64,000 bases of DNA from Antedon mediterranea (lineage: Eukaryota; Animalia; Echinodermata). This document shows positions 1 through 13,020 of this stretch, in pieces. A program made the position numbers and the translations under genes. The notes under the pieces were generated by a model. That model saw nothing but the letters and a program-made list of their open reading frames with translations. It was not told the origin of the DNA and did not search any database. The stretch covers positions 20,432,912 to 20,496,911 of the forward strand of contig NC_092675.1 in assembly GCF_964355755.1 (NCBI RefSeq). The letters are read 5' to 3'. Position 1 is the first letter of the stretch, and the number at the start of each line of letters is the position of its first letter.

Positions 1-3000
1 GTACGAGTGATGCTCTTCTCTATAATCATCCCATTCATTAGATTCTTCAGTGTAATTTTTAGCGGGAACAACAACTGAACTTAGTCTGCGCTTCAAAGCT
101 GGTTTAGCAGGAGCAGGAGCACCGAGTACTGGTATAGCATTTCTGACTGGCTGTTTAACTACAGAAACTATTGACTTAACTGGGCTTGGGAGATCTAAAA
201 GCGGGACAATCTTTACATTAGATGGAGGTGTACCAGGTGGTGGGCCAGCTCGTTTTGCATTTGGTGGCGGAGGCCCAGGCGGTGGCCCGGGTGGTGGACC
301 AGCACTACCTATAGTTGTAATAGTTGATATTTTCTCAGTTTTCATTGTGTTAGCAATAGACATGATTGGTTGTGGAGTAACAGGTGAAGCTACAGTAACT
401 GTGGGGGGCTGAGTGGTTATGTCCTCCTCAGGTACAGATTCTTGAACACTCTCAGGTTTATCTTTTTCACACTTGACCACACTGTCATCTTCTTCGTCAT
501 CTTCATCATCATCTTGTTTCAGTGAAGACAAAAATGCGCCAAGGGCTATGGAATGAGATGATTTAATTTTAGTTTCTGGCAACTTCTCCCTTTTTGGTGG
601 TTCTACATCATCAATGTTGTTAGCATCTGGAGCTTGTCGTCTTTTCAATATTGAGCGAGGTTTTGATAATTCAACGTCTTTTGAGGAGTCGGTTGTCATT
701 TGTTGATCGTCTGTACCTTCACTAGCTTGATCTACATCATTTCTTTGAAGCTTTTCTTCCATTTCAGATTTTGATTTGAATGTTTGATCATCAACAGTTG
801 GAACAGTCTTTAGAGCCGTTAGGTTGCTGAGCAGATTTGGTCTTTGTACATTACGAGGTTGCTTTGATGCCGTTATAATCCTGGTTAAGAACCCAATTGG
901 ATTTGTTTTAGCTTGCTGCATTAATTCTTTATCTTCTGCTTCATCTTCAACTGTGTTGTACTCATCTGGGGCACTGTAGCTAGGCTGTGAGTACTCCTTA
1001 CTGTTACCTTCATACGAAGTCCTTTGGTTAACGTATGGTTTGTAACTGTCACTGGTATAACTATTATCATAGCTTTCACTTGGAAAACTTGGCGTCTGAT
1101 ACTCTTGTTGCGGGTCTGAATAATTAACGCCTGACGATGGCTTGTAATCATTCTGTGGCATGGGAGGAGGGACAGATGGGGGGTAATTTGCCGCAAAATT
1201 GGGCGGCGGCACTGTTAGGTCATATGAATTGAGTGCTGAGTAGGCTGATGGCTGAACTGTCTGCTTGGTTGGAGAATATAGATCTGGTGAAGGCGGAGGA
1301 TTATACTGCGCATTGTTTGATGATGTCGGTATTGTTGAATAATTTGCCTCCTGACTGTTTTGTTGTCCATAGAACGGAGGAGCAGTGTACACTGCTGGTG
1401 CGTAGTTTTGCGAATATACACCAGACGATGTTGGCTGTGCTGATGTACCAATAGATGTAGCAGTATAACTTGCGTCTGTGGTTGTAGCATTTTGGAAATA
1501 CGCATTAGAAGTAAATGGAGCATTAGTTTGAGGGGTACTGACTGGTGGCGGTATCTGTGAAGGTACTGGTTGCGGTATTTGTGGAGGGGCTGATGGCGCA
1601 TATGTAGTCGAATACTGCTGTGTTGATTCTGTGTACATGCTGCTGTATGTTGAGGTGTTTGTCTCTGTCGGAAATGAAACGGGTGGAAAATTGGAACTTG
1701 TATCATGTACAGGTGGTACAGGTTGAGGGAATGGAGAAGGGGGAAGTGGGGGTAAAAGATTTTGGGCTGTAGCCTGGTATGAAGGTTGGACTGTGTTGTA
1801 AGTGTCAGATTGACTGTTTGTAATAGGGGAAATGTTTAATCCTTCTGGAGTGCCTTCTGGTGAAGGAGCGGAACCATTTGATTCTGGCGAATAGGATGCT
1901 GGTGCATCATCGGCATACTTCCCAACTTGACCTTCAAAAAAATACAAACAATATTACTGTTAATATTACAGTATGACATAAATTGAAACTCTTCTGTACT
2001 TTCTTAGGCCAGTTTCTGGACCTAGAGTCAGGCAAAACTGTCTCAAGAAATGGAGCGAGGAAACACGTCCCATTGAAAAGTCGCAAAAGGAAAACTCCTT
2101 ATTTAAGGGGCGATTCCAGCTTTAAGGGGCGATTCCAGCTTTAAGGGGCGATTCCAGCTTTAAGGGGCGATTCCAGCTTTAAGGGGCGATTCCAGCTTTA
2201 AGGGGCGATTCCAGCTTTAAGGGGCGATTCCAGCTTTAAGGGGCGATTCCAGCTTTAAGGGGCGATTCCAGCGTTATAGACTTGTGTTTGGGGGGTTCGC
2301 TAAATATTTCATAAATAATAAAACAATCCGTCAGGTTGCAGAAAAATAAAATTAGTCATTATTTTATTTTAAAAAAGACAAAAGATTTTAGGGGGGCTAA
2401 AGCCTGTTTAGTCCCCGCCTAAATCCGCCCCTGCCTACACCAATCAGTACCAACTTTTTAAGTGAAACCATGTCCATATAACATATGCAAGGTCGAAGCT
2501 TTAACAGTAAATAGTATATATTGATAATGATTACCAGCAATGGTTGCAATTGGTTGTCCAATGGTGGGAGGTCCAGGCAATTTTAAAGGTGCTGCTTTCT
2601 TAGACGTCTTCTTTGTTGGTCTGGATGAGGCTGCTGTATAAACAATAAGTAAATATTAAACTATCAGAAATAGTATGACATAAATGACCCTTTAAAAAGA
2701 AATCATGTAAACTAGTATAAACAAGATGTATATTATTTATTTCAGTTTCCTATGGCTTGGTTGTCTGACTGTGTTTCTATTCTAAATGTACATTTGTAAC
2801 TGTTCTTCAATATAACCGACACACATACGTTAATATAATACAATGTACTATATGTTATAATGATATATAATATCTTTTTACCAAGCTTACTTGTCAGCTT
2901 CTAGTAACGGAATAACAACCCTAAAACTTGGTTCGCACTAGAACACACAATGCAAGCAAGTTGACTAATTACAAGCAACAGTTTGGATAATCAATTTTTT

Positions 3001-6000
3001 GTGATTGATCAAATTACTTGTGTTGCCCTTATGTCCCTGCATTGCGTCCTAGTGGGAACAGGCTTAAACTTTTAACCCCATCCTAATTAGTGTGTAGCTA
3101 CATCTGAAAATAATCTTTGAAATATTGTCAAAACCATACACTAATAAAGTTTATAAAAGATACATACCAACAACGGATCCAATATTTTTAGATTCACCAT
3201 CATCATCAGACATCTCCATATCTTCTAATTCTGTTGTGTCTTGGTTTGGATCCCTTGGAGGTGTAGCACCTGTAAAAAAACAAGATAATGCATTTATCTC
3301 TTGCGCCTTTAGTGTACATTGGTGACACATACAGTGGTCATGTTGGAGCTAATCACTCGGGCGTAAAAGGGAAATTTATCAAAACATAAAACAGGAAGAA
3401 TTAGTACTTTTAGATGGGATTTCTTCATTGTTTCACCTACCTTTACTATGCATATTTTGAACCCGCTGCTAAAATATTCATTCTTTGAAATGAACAACTG
3501 CAACCTAGAAATTAAGCTACTGTTTATATTATACTAAGGGATAATGTAAAATACCAATACATCAGTTGCGCAAGTTAGCCACATTTACGCTTACAATTGG
3601 ACAGACAATTGATAAGTAAATACTTAATAAATCAGTACTATATATGATATATGAGTAGAATCGCCCCTCATTGGCTACAACATTTACACTATAGTACGCA
3701 CATCTAATGTTGGTGTACTTTATAATGCAGTAAAACAGTATAAATGCAGTGATATAGACTGATATGTTTCTGTGATTATGCATAGCATTGAAACAACACA
3801 AATACTATACCAGGTGATGGGGCATCAGATGTCGGTGACGGAAGCGGACTTAGTGAATCATCAGGTATTAACTTGCGATATTCGTCTAAACGTTTCTTTA
3901 AGTTACCAACCCTTGTTCCGAAATTCTTATAAGCCTGGAATAAATAAAAATCATAAATGATAAATCTGTATACAATTCTTTATGTTAAACCAGTAATTAA
4001 ATACGTACGTGTCTTCATCAAGACTTTATCTTGCAATGACTGGATGTTAGTGGTTTGCTAGGAGTAGCTTTGCTAGTTATAGAGCAGTACCTCCTATTGG
4101 CAAACTTAGTCTGCGTTTTTCTGAAGTTCTTTGGATTCAGAACTAGTAAAGCAGTCATTGACTTGTTGTCGAAACGTCGCACACGTACATATTTAATTAC
4201 TGGTTTAAACATGAAGATAATTAATATAAAACCGGATGAAAATATTTTTGAATACATGATAAATGTTTTTCAAGTTCCAAAAAAAAAATAATATTTAGAG
4301 TATTAGAAGAATCAACACCTAAGCCTCTTGATACAAATGTTAAGTTCTGTCTACACTATCAAAAAAGTTTGACAAAAAAAGTGTGATGTGCCCAAATATG
4401 GTAGTGATATGCCCAAATATTGTGGTATGACATCATCATGTCTATATATGGGCACATCACATTTTTTGTCACATACAGTTTGATAGTGTAGACATAGCTT
4501 TACTTACATTAGCAACTATTTTAGCTTCACCAAACTGAGCTTCATAAAATATAACACTTTTTTCTAGTAATTCTAGAAGTGTTTGTCTCATCTCAACTTC
4601 TTTGCCTAGGGACTGCACGTAATGATCAAGCTTATTTGTTGCATCTTCAAAATGTTTTGAAAACCGTTTGCCACCAGCGCGATCTGCCGAGAAAATGTTT
4701 TGCATTATATTTATTTATTTATATTTTAATTATCATATTATAATTGAGGGCATATGTTGGACATTGGATTACTGATCGTGAGATTGTTGTCCTAATCTGA
4801 CTCTCACCGCATTGCTAGACGCTTTACTTACATTTGCCTCTGTGTATACAATGGGTACCGGTTAGATCAAGACACGACTGATTACTAGCTGCATTATTAT
4901 GGGAGTATGTTTCCATACGTGCATGATCCAAAATGACCGGGGTAATAATGTGCAGCGCATTGAGAGCTTGCTTATGCGCTATATAAGAATGAACTATTAT
5001 TATTATTGATGATGACAATGATGATTGCTAAACTACAATTTGGGTAAAGAAATAGGTGAAAAATACATTGGTGACAATAAGCCATTATAATTAGGGTTAT
5101 TATAGGCATAGGCAGCGGATTTGTTTGATAAAAACTGACGGGAGGGGAAATATGTGTTTTAGTCTACTGTACATGGAATTCTAAACAGGAAGAGCAGTTG
5201 TTTATTTACTGGTGCAAGTATGGTTTGCCTAACACTGTTATTGGTGAACTGGACTCTAAAAATGATTTCTACCTGTAGGTAATCATAAAACCCTGGCATT
5301 CTAGGCAATTCATCGGCATCCGATTTTAAAAATGCCTTTGCCCTATTTGCTTCCGATAAATTAGGAAAAGGGAGTGGAGTTGGTATAACAGGTGTTATCG
5401 ACTCTATAAATGACTTATACCCAGTGATGTAAAACTGTCTAGGCAGTTATACTGTATGGAATTTTGTATATTTCCTTGTACTACTGTACATGCTTAGTCA
5501 AGGTGTAACACTGTTGTTGTTGTCTTTTACCTTTTAATTGCATTATTGCTTCTGTACTAGTAACATCAACATTTAAACTTGATAGTTGTTTTCTCTTCAA
5601 GTCCACTTCCCCTTCAAATACTACTAATTGCTCCATACTGTCTGGTAATTCATCCGGCTGCATGAATAAAAACAAATTGTATAGTCTAAAACATTCATTT
5701 TATTTTTTCTTAATGTTCTATATGAGTAAATTGTACTGTGTTTTGGACGCTCCTTTTAAATGTGCCTGGTACTGTACAAATGTAAAGCCTTGTCTACACT
5801 ATCAAACTTTATGTGACAAAAAATGTGATGTGCCCATATATGGACATGATGATGTCATATCACTATCATATTTGGGCATATCACTACCATATTGGCCACA
5901 TCACAATTTTTCTGTCAAACTAGTTTGATAGTGTAGACAGAGCTTTAAAGCATGTGCTAAGAGGAAGAGGGTGAGGATACCATCAAAGTCTTCTACCAAT

Positions 6001-9000
6001 CTTATTACCTCCACCAAGAATGTTATGCAATCACCCTGGTTTATTTGTCTGTTAGCAAGAATATACATAATAATTAAAGTAAAATAAATAAATACCTTGT
6101 ATTCAGCCAGAATTTGAGTGTTTGCCTTTGCAATGGCATCTGTTTCTGTAGCTGAGGATGAACAATTTACAAAATGAAAATTTTAGTATTATGTTCTAAG
6201 TCCACAATATATAGGTCTGCAGCCCAACGAACAGCTGTTCAGATTAAGGGTATTTTCAGATACATAGAGTTATGCTTTCGTAACGTAAGCAATGTCATAT
6301 TATAATAGCGTTGTAACAGCAAAGTGTTTTCATTAGAACAGAAGTGTCACCGATTTGGGTGAACATCTGCAGGAGTAAATTTGATTGGTTGGAGGTCCAA
6401 ATCGTTGATGCTTGACTTTCGTATGGTATCCGTTGTTCACTAATCTTGTACCATGAGCTGTCATAACGAACGAAAGATCAGTGTCGTAAGACCTTCAGAC
6501 CTTGTACGCTGCGAAAACATAACTCTGTATGTCTGAACAGGTGCTTAGACTTTATTTACTCGGGTAAGTTGGCTCCCCAAAGTTAGTGATAATTATCCTA
6601 CAAAACCAAATTACCTGGTACTGTAAATAACTAATAAGCCTGTACAGTGTATATATATATAAGGCTGTAGTCACTAATTATTTCATTGTAAAAAAATAAA
6701 TTCAAAGTTATTTGGTAATAGTTTTAATTTGAAAATAAACTTTCCTTCTAGCATCTATCTGTATTCTACAAAGACCAAAGTATAGAACAAAATAAAGAAA
6801 ATAAAATAATAATCAAAGTTTATATAATAATATTCTCTCCATCTCGGAGATATTTTTTCTTACAAATTGCATCCTGAAACTTCTCAACCACCTCACTTTC
6901 ATAGACATTACGTTGTTCCCAAATCTTAAACAGCCTCTCTATGCTTTTTCTTATACTGTCGTCTCTAACAAAATATAAGACAATTTCACAATTAACATAC
7001 GGTAGAAAAGAGCTGGAAATGTTTATATGATAAATTAATAGAACAGTGCTTGATGGTCATATACCATAGACATAATTAAAGCATTGTCTACATTATCAAA
7101 TTTTACAGTATGTGACAAAAAAAAAATAGCACATCACACTTTTTTTTCCAAATTAGTTTAATAGTGTAGACGGTTACTGTATAATTATGAATTGATGCAA
7201 ACAGGGAAGAGACTGCTCAAAATGGTCGCCATAATATATCTGTTCAAAAACATTATTTAGTACATGTAGGGCCTAGGATTGACTATATTGTCAATGGCAT
7301 TGTCAATGGCATTGGGAATTAAATGAATAATTTCTTGGTAAAAGTCTTAAATTTTGGTATACAAGAATCGAGGAAGATCATAGAATAGAAAGTTCTCGCG
7401 TTGATACACGCAAAATGCTGCAACGCAGTTGGTGCACAACTTAGAAGGGAACACAACTCCAAACTGGCGTATTGAAATGTGAAAAATACTGAAAGGAAAA
7501 AAAATGATGTATCAAAAACTATTGCACAAAGCATAAAACATTTTACTACATTGACAATCAAATTAAATATAAACATTGCATCATTGTTTATACTATACCT
7601 GCAAAAAGTAACAGCCTTAGTAATGGCATCTGCAAAGGCTTCTACAAACGTGTCAATTCCTTTCCTCTTACTATTCTGGATTACATCATTCGCAAGGTAC
7701 ATAAGAGTCAGTCGTTTTGAAGTACCAGCTAAAAATAGAAAATCAATTATTTTATTATTGTTCTTCTTACTATAGTTTGTCAATATATTTGATTTAGTTG
7801 ATCGAACTTAATATTTTGTAATGTATTGTATTTTGCGACAAAATAAAAAAAAAGAATCCATTTTCAAATTTTAAAAACCAATAACCAACTTTACTACTGT
7901 AAATAGATGGCAGCAAATATGAGTTGGTTTTTCTTCTGTTTTTTTTTTATTGTATGTATTTTTTATTCTACAAATCTCACAATTTTTTTTTATCTAAATA
8001 AGTTTTTTTTTCAATTTTAACAAACTTTCCAGATTTGTATATTCCAAGATTTCTTTTAGCATCTGCCTCCTTTATTTGTCAGACGTTCCAATCCTCCAAC
8101 TTAACAATTTATCAACAAATTTAATGTGTTTCAACTGATTTTACTGGAGTTTGACCCATTTTAATCGGAAGTTATTATTATTATTATTCCAAAAACAGAA
8201 TTCAGACAGTAGACATGGGTTTGAAAAATGTCTTAAACCTAAATTTCGAGGGATTGTACAGTATTAATAGTCAGGAAATTGGGAGATTGGATGACAATTT
8301 TGGAGAGGCTCCTTAAGAAATCGCAAGGATTGGTCTGGTATTGTAGCTATAGCATCATTTAATTTTTTTTTATTAATCCATGCATAAATAAAAGAATATT
8401 ATCCTTCTTAAAAACAGGTAAAGTGTGACACTACTACAAAACCTACTAAAACACACTAATTGTGCAAAGAATGAATTTTAATAATTTATTTGACTGGTGA
8501 ATATGATTGAAATAACAGAAAAACAAGTTGATTAACCATTCAAGATAGTGAATTATTTAGTGGAACAAGAAGTAGACACAATGGTGAGACAATTCAAGTG
8601 ATTAACTGTATTGTAATTACCAAACCATATTACAATTTAAGCTAGGCACGAGACTACATACAGCAATACAACAATCTAGAGAAAAATTAAAGTTAAACCG
8701 AATTCTACAACCACATCTCAAAACCCGGAGTTAATATAGTATACTGTATATTCAAGTGTTTTATAAAGATAATTGTCAATTTTATTTGTAGTTGCCACAG
8801 AAACATACACTATTAAAACTGGCAATTGTACAAAAAACAGAATGATCCTTTGATAGTAAACTTTATCATAACTTGGTATTTCATAAACAACTACTATTAT
8901 AGTTCCATGGTATAACATATTTTTCAAGAAAATCTGGTTTTTCTTTAAATCCCTAATATAAGAAAATAGTGTTTATTTAGCATATTTCTAGTTTACCACC

Positions 9001-11942
9001 TTTGCAATTGACAAGAAACAATAGTACTGTTACATCTTCTAGCAAAACTACATTCCCTTTTAATTGACTTATTTTTGAATTTCTACATTTAATTAAAGCA
9101 ATACAGAAAATATATTAATAATGAATTTAATAATGTATTAATATTTATACAATTTAATTCCATTTTGATCATTTGCATAAATACGGTATAAATTGTTCCA
9201 AGACTATACAGTAGTATAGCACAATAAAATATAATTAAATAGAAAAGAAAAAAACCGTAACATACATAATTCTCTAACTCTAATGGCAGATGGGTAAAAA
9301 CTATTATGGAATCTATTTTGTATTCCTGAATGCTTGGTACAAATATTTGCACAAAGACGGTGAAAATAGAATACTCATCATCATTATAGAATATTTTTCC
9401 TAAATTTCCCGAAAATGTTGTCATTTGAAGGTTGTGAATGCTTAACAAATGTAATACAGTACTGTAATACAAATTTCACTTGCATACATTAACGAAAAAT
9501 GCACTTTTGATGTTGCATGGGTTCAATGGAGTATAATAATAATAATAATAAATACTTTATTTTAACACGGAAAAGCTTGTGTCACCTTGTGTTACCTTAC
9601 AAGGCCGTGATCAACTAACAGTAGTACATTACACATTTAAAAATAACAAATTTTAAAAATAACAAATTTTTAAAATAACAAATTAGAGAACAAAAATATA
9701 TTAACAGAAACCTTAATTACATTTGTGATAAGAGTACAAAATAAATAATAAATCACACCAATAATTTTTTGAAAGTATATATATATTGAATATCATGTGA
9801 GTCACATGACCTACAATCCTCCAATACAGTAAATAACAAGAAGTACCAGCAGGTATTAATATATAAAAACAGATAAATCGGCAAAGTTCAACCATGTTCA
9901 ACTTTGCCGATTTTGTCGGCGATGAATCGTAATACGCGTACCAAAGAATATTTAGCACTCGCGTACTAGATCCCCGATAAATTCTAGCGTTTCCATAGAA
10001 TCGCTACGCTCTGTCGTGTAGCGATTTTATGGAAACCAGGCTTAAATAACAAGAAGTACCAGCAGGTATTATATAAAAACAGATAAAAAACTACAGTAGT
10101 ACAGATATTAAACATTGTTGTTATTACAAACAATAGTCACTAACTTACTGTAGTATTTTATTATTGTATTTTCATCTATTACAAACTAAATTTTGAATTT
10201 ATCATATCTTGATTAGAAAAAATGAAAGTATTCAAAAGTAAAAATTTAACATTTTGAATTGGGCTGAAGGGAATGGTTACAAATATTATCGCATACTGCT
10301 GTACCCATTAATAAGTATCATCTGTCCCCGCAACAGACTATACCATTTTTGGAATGTTGGTTTTAAATCGCAATCGTACATAGTTTAAACACAAGGTTTA
10401 TTGGAAAATTTAATTCGTATTGTTTATCATAGAATATTAATTTTAAAGTAAATTTAACAGCTTCCGCGGTGGTTTAAAAAAAGTACTGTATGTAATGTGT
10501 TATGTTTTTATAGAAATGTATTATACAATTACAAGATTATTAGAATCTTGTTTAAATACCAACATATTAATGTACACTAGTATCTAGGTCTAGATGTACA
10601 GTACGGTGGTTTTTGAAACCGTTAAATTCAAGCATAGTTTTGCATCTAGCTTTCATAATAAATGGTAGGACAATCAACCACACAAAATTAATATTCACCC
10701 TCGTTACTAATTAAAGGTCGCCAATTATGCACTATGCAAGATATAGAGGCAATCTAATTAATGTTTATTAGAGAATGTTATTACTATTATTAGAGACAAT
10801 AAATAATTAACCACTTATTATTTTTAATTATTACAACCTATTAATATGACTGCTAACTAGGCCTTATTGTATTTTTTTAATATTTTATTAAAGACCCCTT
10901 CCCTGCAATTTTGGACGTTTTTTGGAAAATAATACATATATATCACTTTAAAAACATTAAACCATGTCATTCCTTGTCTTAAATGTACGTTTTATGGTGA
11001 ATTATGATAAAAAGTGAGAAACAATGCACTACCTAAGTAGCTCGCGGCGATCGACCTCTCGTGGACGGTCTTAGGCCTAGCCTAGCTAGGCTTAGTTTTG
11101 TAGGCCTAGCTGGTAAACATCGATAACGTACGAACATCGTACGCTAGCTATATACCTAGCCTGACGTTGTATAGTTGCTGCATTAATTGTCTTTCTATTT
11201 TTGCCAAACTCCGTTGATACAAATTGGGGAAAATCCGGTATTTTCGCTGAAAAGTTAGGAGTCTTCCATTTGTTTTGGCTTCACGATCGATCGAAAAGTG
11301 GGCGAATTACAGGTGAAAAACAAAAATATCAATCCGCGCGCAATGCATTTTGGGATTTATAGCGGGCCGCTATAATTATTAGAATCGATTTATTTTTCAC
11401 ATTTTTAACCGTTTAAAGACGAAAAAAGTTATCGCAATAGGACCATATAGTATTATTTTTACATTAAATATAGTTTGTGATCTTAAATTAGATCTAAAAA
11501 ACGTAGGGAATGGGGCTTTAATTATACATTTTTAATTAGGAAAAAACTAAAATATCAGATATATCCTTCACAAATATTAATAATGAACTTCATTTATGAA
11601 CAAATATATTACAATAAATAAAACATACCTTTTTAAAACATACTTAATAACTAGGCCTATATAAAGGCCTTAAAATATAATAATTAATGACCACAAATAC
11701 TCACTCTGTTTAACTTCTTCAAGCCAACTGGATGCAATATCCTTAGCATGGTGTTTGTGATGAATAATCCATAAAGATACAGATTGGACACTGTCCTGAG
11801 TGTTATTCAAAGATTTTAATTTATGCTGCAAACTTGCAATATTCAATTTAGTACTTGTTGATGAACCTGATTTAGACTCCTGTTTACTTCTTTTCTTACT
11901 TTTCTTCCTACTGGACCTGTGGTGTTCACGGTCACGGCCCAT
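1..11942 (-). CDS. RPRD2: Regulation of nuclear pre-mRNA domain-containing protein 2-like (CID domain, coiled coil, long Ser/Pro-rich tail); 3' end outside window
   Basis: Phase-consistent GT-AG exons on minus strand: 11942-11705, 7728-7599, 6964-6864, 6151-6096, 5657-5531, 4683-4508, 3934-3811, 3269-3168, 2633-2535, 1931-<1. CID motifs NNTQDSVQSVSLWIIHHK, LTLMYLANDVIQNSKRKG, IERLFKIWEQRNVY; RPRD2-type AYKNFGTRVGNLKKRLD...SPLPSPTSDAPSP and EDMEMSDDD. Confidence 0.9.
2102..2272. repeat. Perfect 19-bp minisatellite (TTTAAGGGGCGATTCCAGC) x9 in an RPRD2 intron
   Basis: Nine identical consecutive units read directly. Confidence 0.95.
2924..3066. mobile_element. Short degenerate TIR element (MITE)
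   Basis: Imperfect inverted termini AAACTTGGTTCGCACTAGAACAC...CAATGC / GCATTGCGTCCTAGTGGGAACAGGCTT. Confidence 0.55.
4342..4501. mobile_element. MITE family A (Harbinger-like, ~160 bp)
   Basis: TIR (A)GCTCTGTCTACACTATCAAA...TTTGATAGTGTAGACA(G)AGCT, internal 21-bp GATATGCCCAAATATGGTAGT units, TAA/TTA flanks; many copies in the window. Confidence 0.85.
4745..5010 (+). mobile_element. tRNA-derived SINE family 1 (Deu/Nin-like core, (ATT)n tail)
   Basis: Homologous to copies at 14170-14665 and ~49460-49585; core TGTATACAATGGGTACCGG; tail GCGCTATATAAGAATGAACTATTATTATT. Confidence 0.7.
5785..5946. mobile_element. MITE family A copy
   Basis: Same TIRs and internal repeat, opposite orientation. Confidence 0.85.
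6247..6547. mobile_element. ~300-bp TIR element (MITE)
   Basis: Inverted termini TTCAGATACATAGAGTTATGCTTTCG / CGAAAACATAACTCTGTATGTCTGAA. Confidence 0.7.
7080..7172. mobile_element. MITE family A, internally deleted copy
   Basis: Degenerate TIRs TGTCTACATTATCAAA / TTTAATAGTGTAGAC. Confidence 0.6.
10888..11521. mobile_element. TTAA-flanked non-autonomous DNA transposon (Kolobok-like)
   Basis: TTAAAGACCCCTTCCCT ... AGGGAATGGGGCTTTAA termini; its last ~180 bp recur at 41395-41586. Confidence 0.7.
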
Positions 11943-12229
11943 TTTCTCTGATCAAAATCGATCTTATTGTGGCACTACCATCCAGGCCTAGCATCTGATA
12001 AAGTCCACGGAGTTGTCACCAATCAACTCGCTTACCTTCTCGTCAAGCACATGACGGAACACAACATTGATAAACACAGGCCTAGAGTTGCAACATCGAA
12101 CTCAAATCTTGAGATGAAATATATTATTCCTTCACTCTTTTAAAGTTATTGTTATATTTTGTAAATTTTTGACGGGAGCATAAATATCTTGGCCAAATTT
12201 AATCAATTTTTAATTCTAAAACATGAGAT

Positions 12230-12310
12230 TATTCACCGCCGCCATGTTATCATTTTGCAATGAGCATGCGCAGTTAGTCGCGATCGCTTTAGTAGTAATA
12301 GAGGGCAGCA
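12230..12310 (-). promoter_or_regulatory. Probable RPRD2 core promoter
   Basis: Local CpG-rich patch with YY1-like CCGCCATGTT, NRF1-like GCATGCGCA and TCGCGA motifs about 300 bp upstream of the ATG. Confidence 0.5.
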
Positions 12311-13020
12311 AACAATTTTTTTTCTCTTTAGACATGTTGCTTCTTTACAAATAAATTGCTTTCAACACACTGAAACCACCAAATTAAATGTATGTAAGAG
12401 AGATAAATGCAAATGTAAAACAAATCATTCTCGACAAAAAAACCCATTTTATTATCGATCAAATCATCTTTATTTAATAATTAATTATTTTAATCAATTG
12501 CTATCATACTATTATATACATACTTTAAAATACAAAAAAAGTTAAACAATGAATTAAAAGCATTTTATTGTCATCCAGAGAGTTTATTTGCAATCATCGG
12601 TTGAGCATGTCTCATGGAATGCGTTACATACTTGTTGACTGGGTGTATTAAAGATAGTAGCGCCGTTTCTCAAACAGTAATAGAACCGTGATATCTTGAC
12701 AGGACTTTTGAAAATAATATGGTTTCTGGAGCTTCTACCAAATATTTTGACAAAGTATTCGCAAACACAATTCAAGGTTGCAAAAAATTCAGTGATTATG
12801 GGCTGTTTTGAGCAGATAATCAGCAGTCTTAACTACTCAAAATCCTCACTGATTATATGCAAGCAGTGAGAGTAGATCACTGCAAGATGTTTGCGAGTGA
12901 CAAGTTGAAATGCCTGAGCCTTCACAGGCTTCTAACAATAAATAAATCCTCATGGCTGTAGCACAATAAAATCTTTTATATAACAAATACATTAACGAAA
13001 CTAAAATAAAGTAGGAGTCA

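Noticed and set aside
921-1706. ORFs 921-1196, 1215-1706 and 1233-1454 as separate genes
   Set aside because: Off-frame or antisense shadows of the large RPRD2 exon, whose true frame runs off the window.
2102-2272. CRISPR-like array
   Set aside because: Units are contiguous with no spacers, and the context is a eukaryotic intron.
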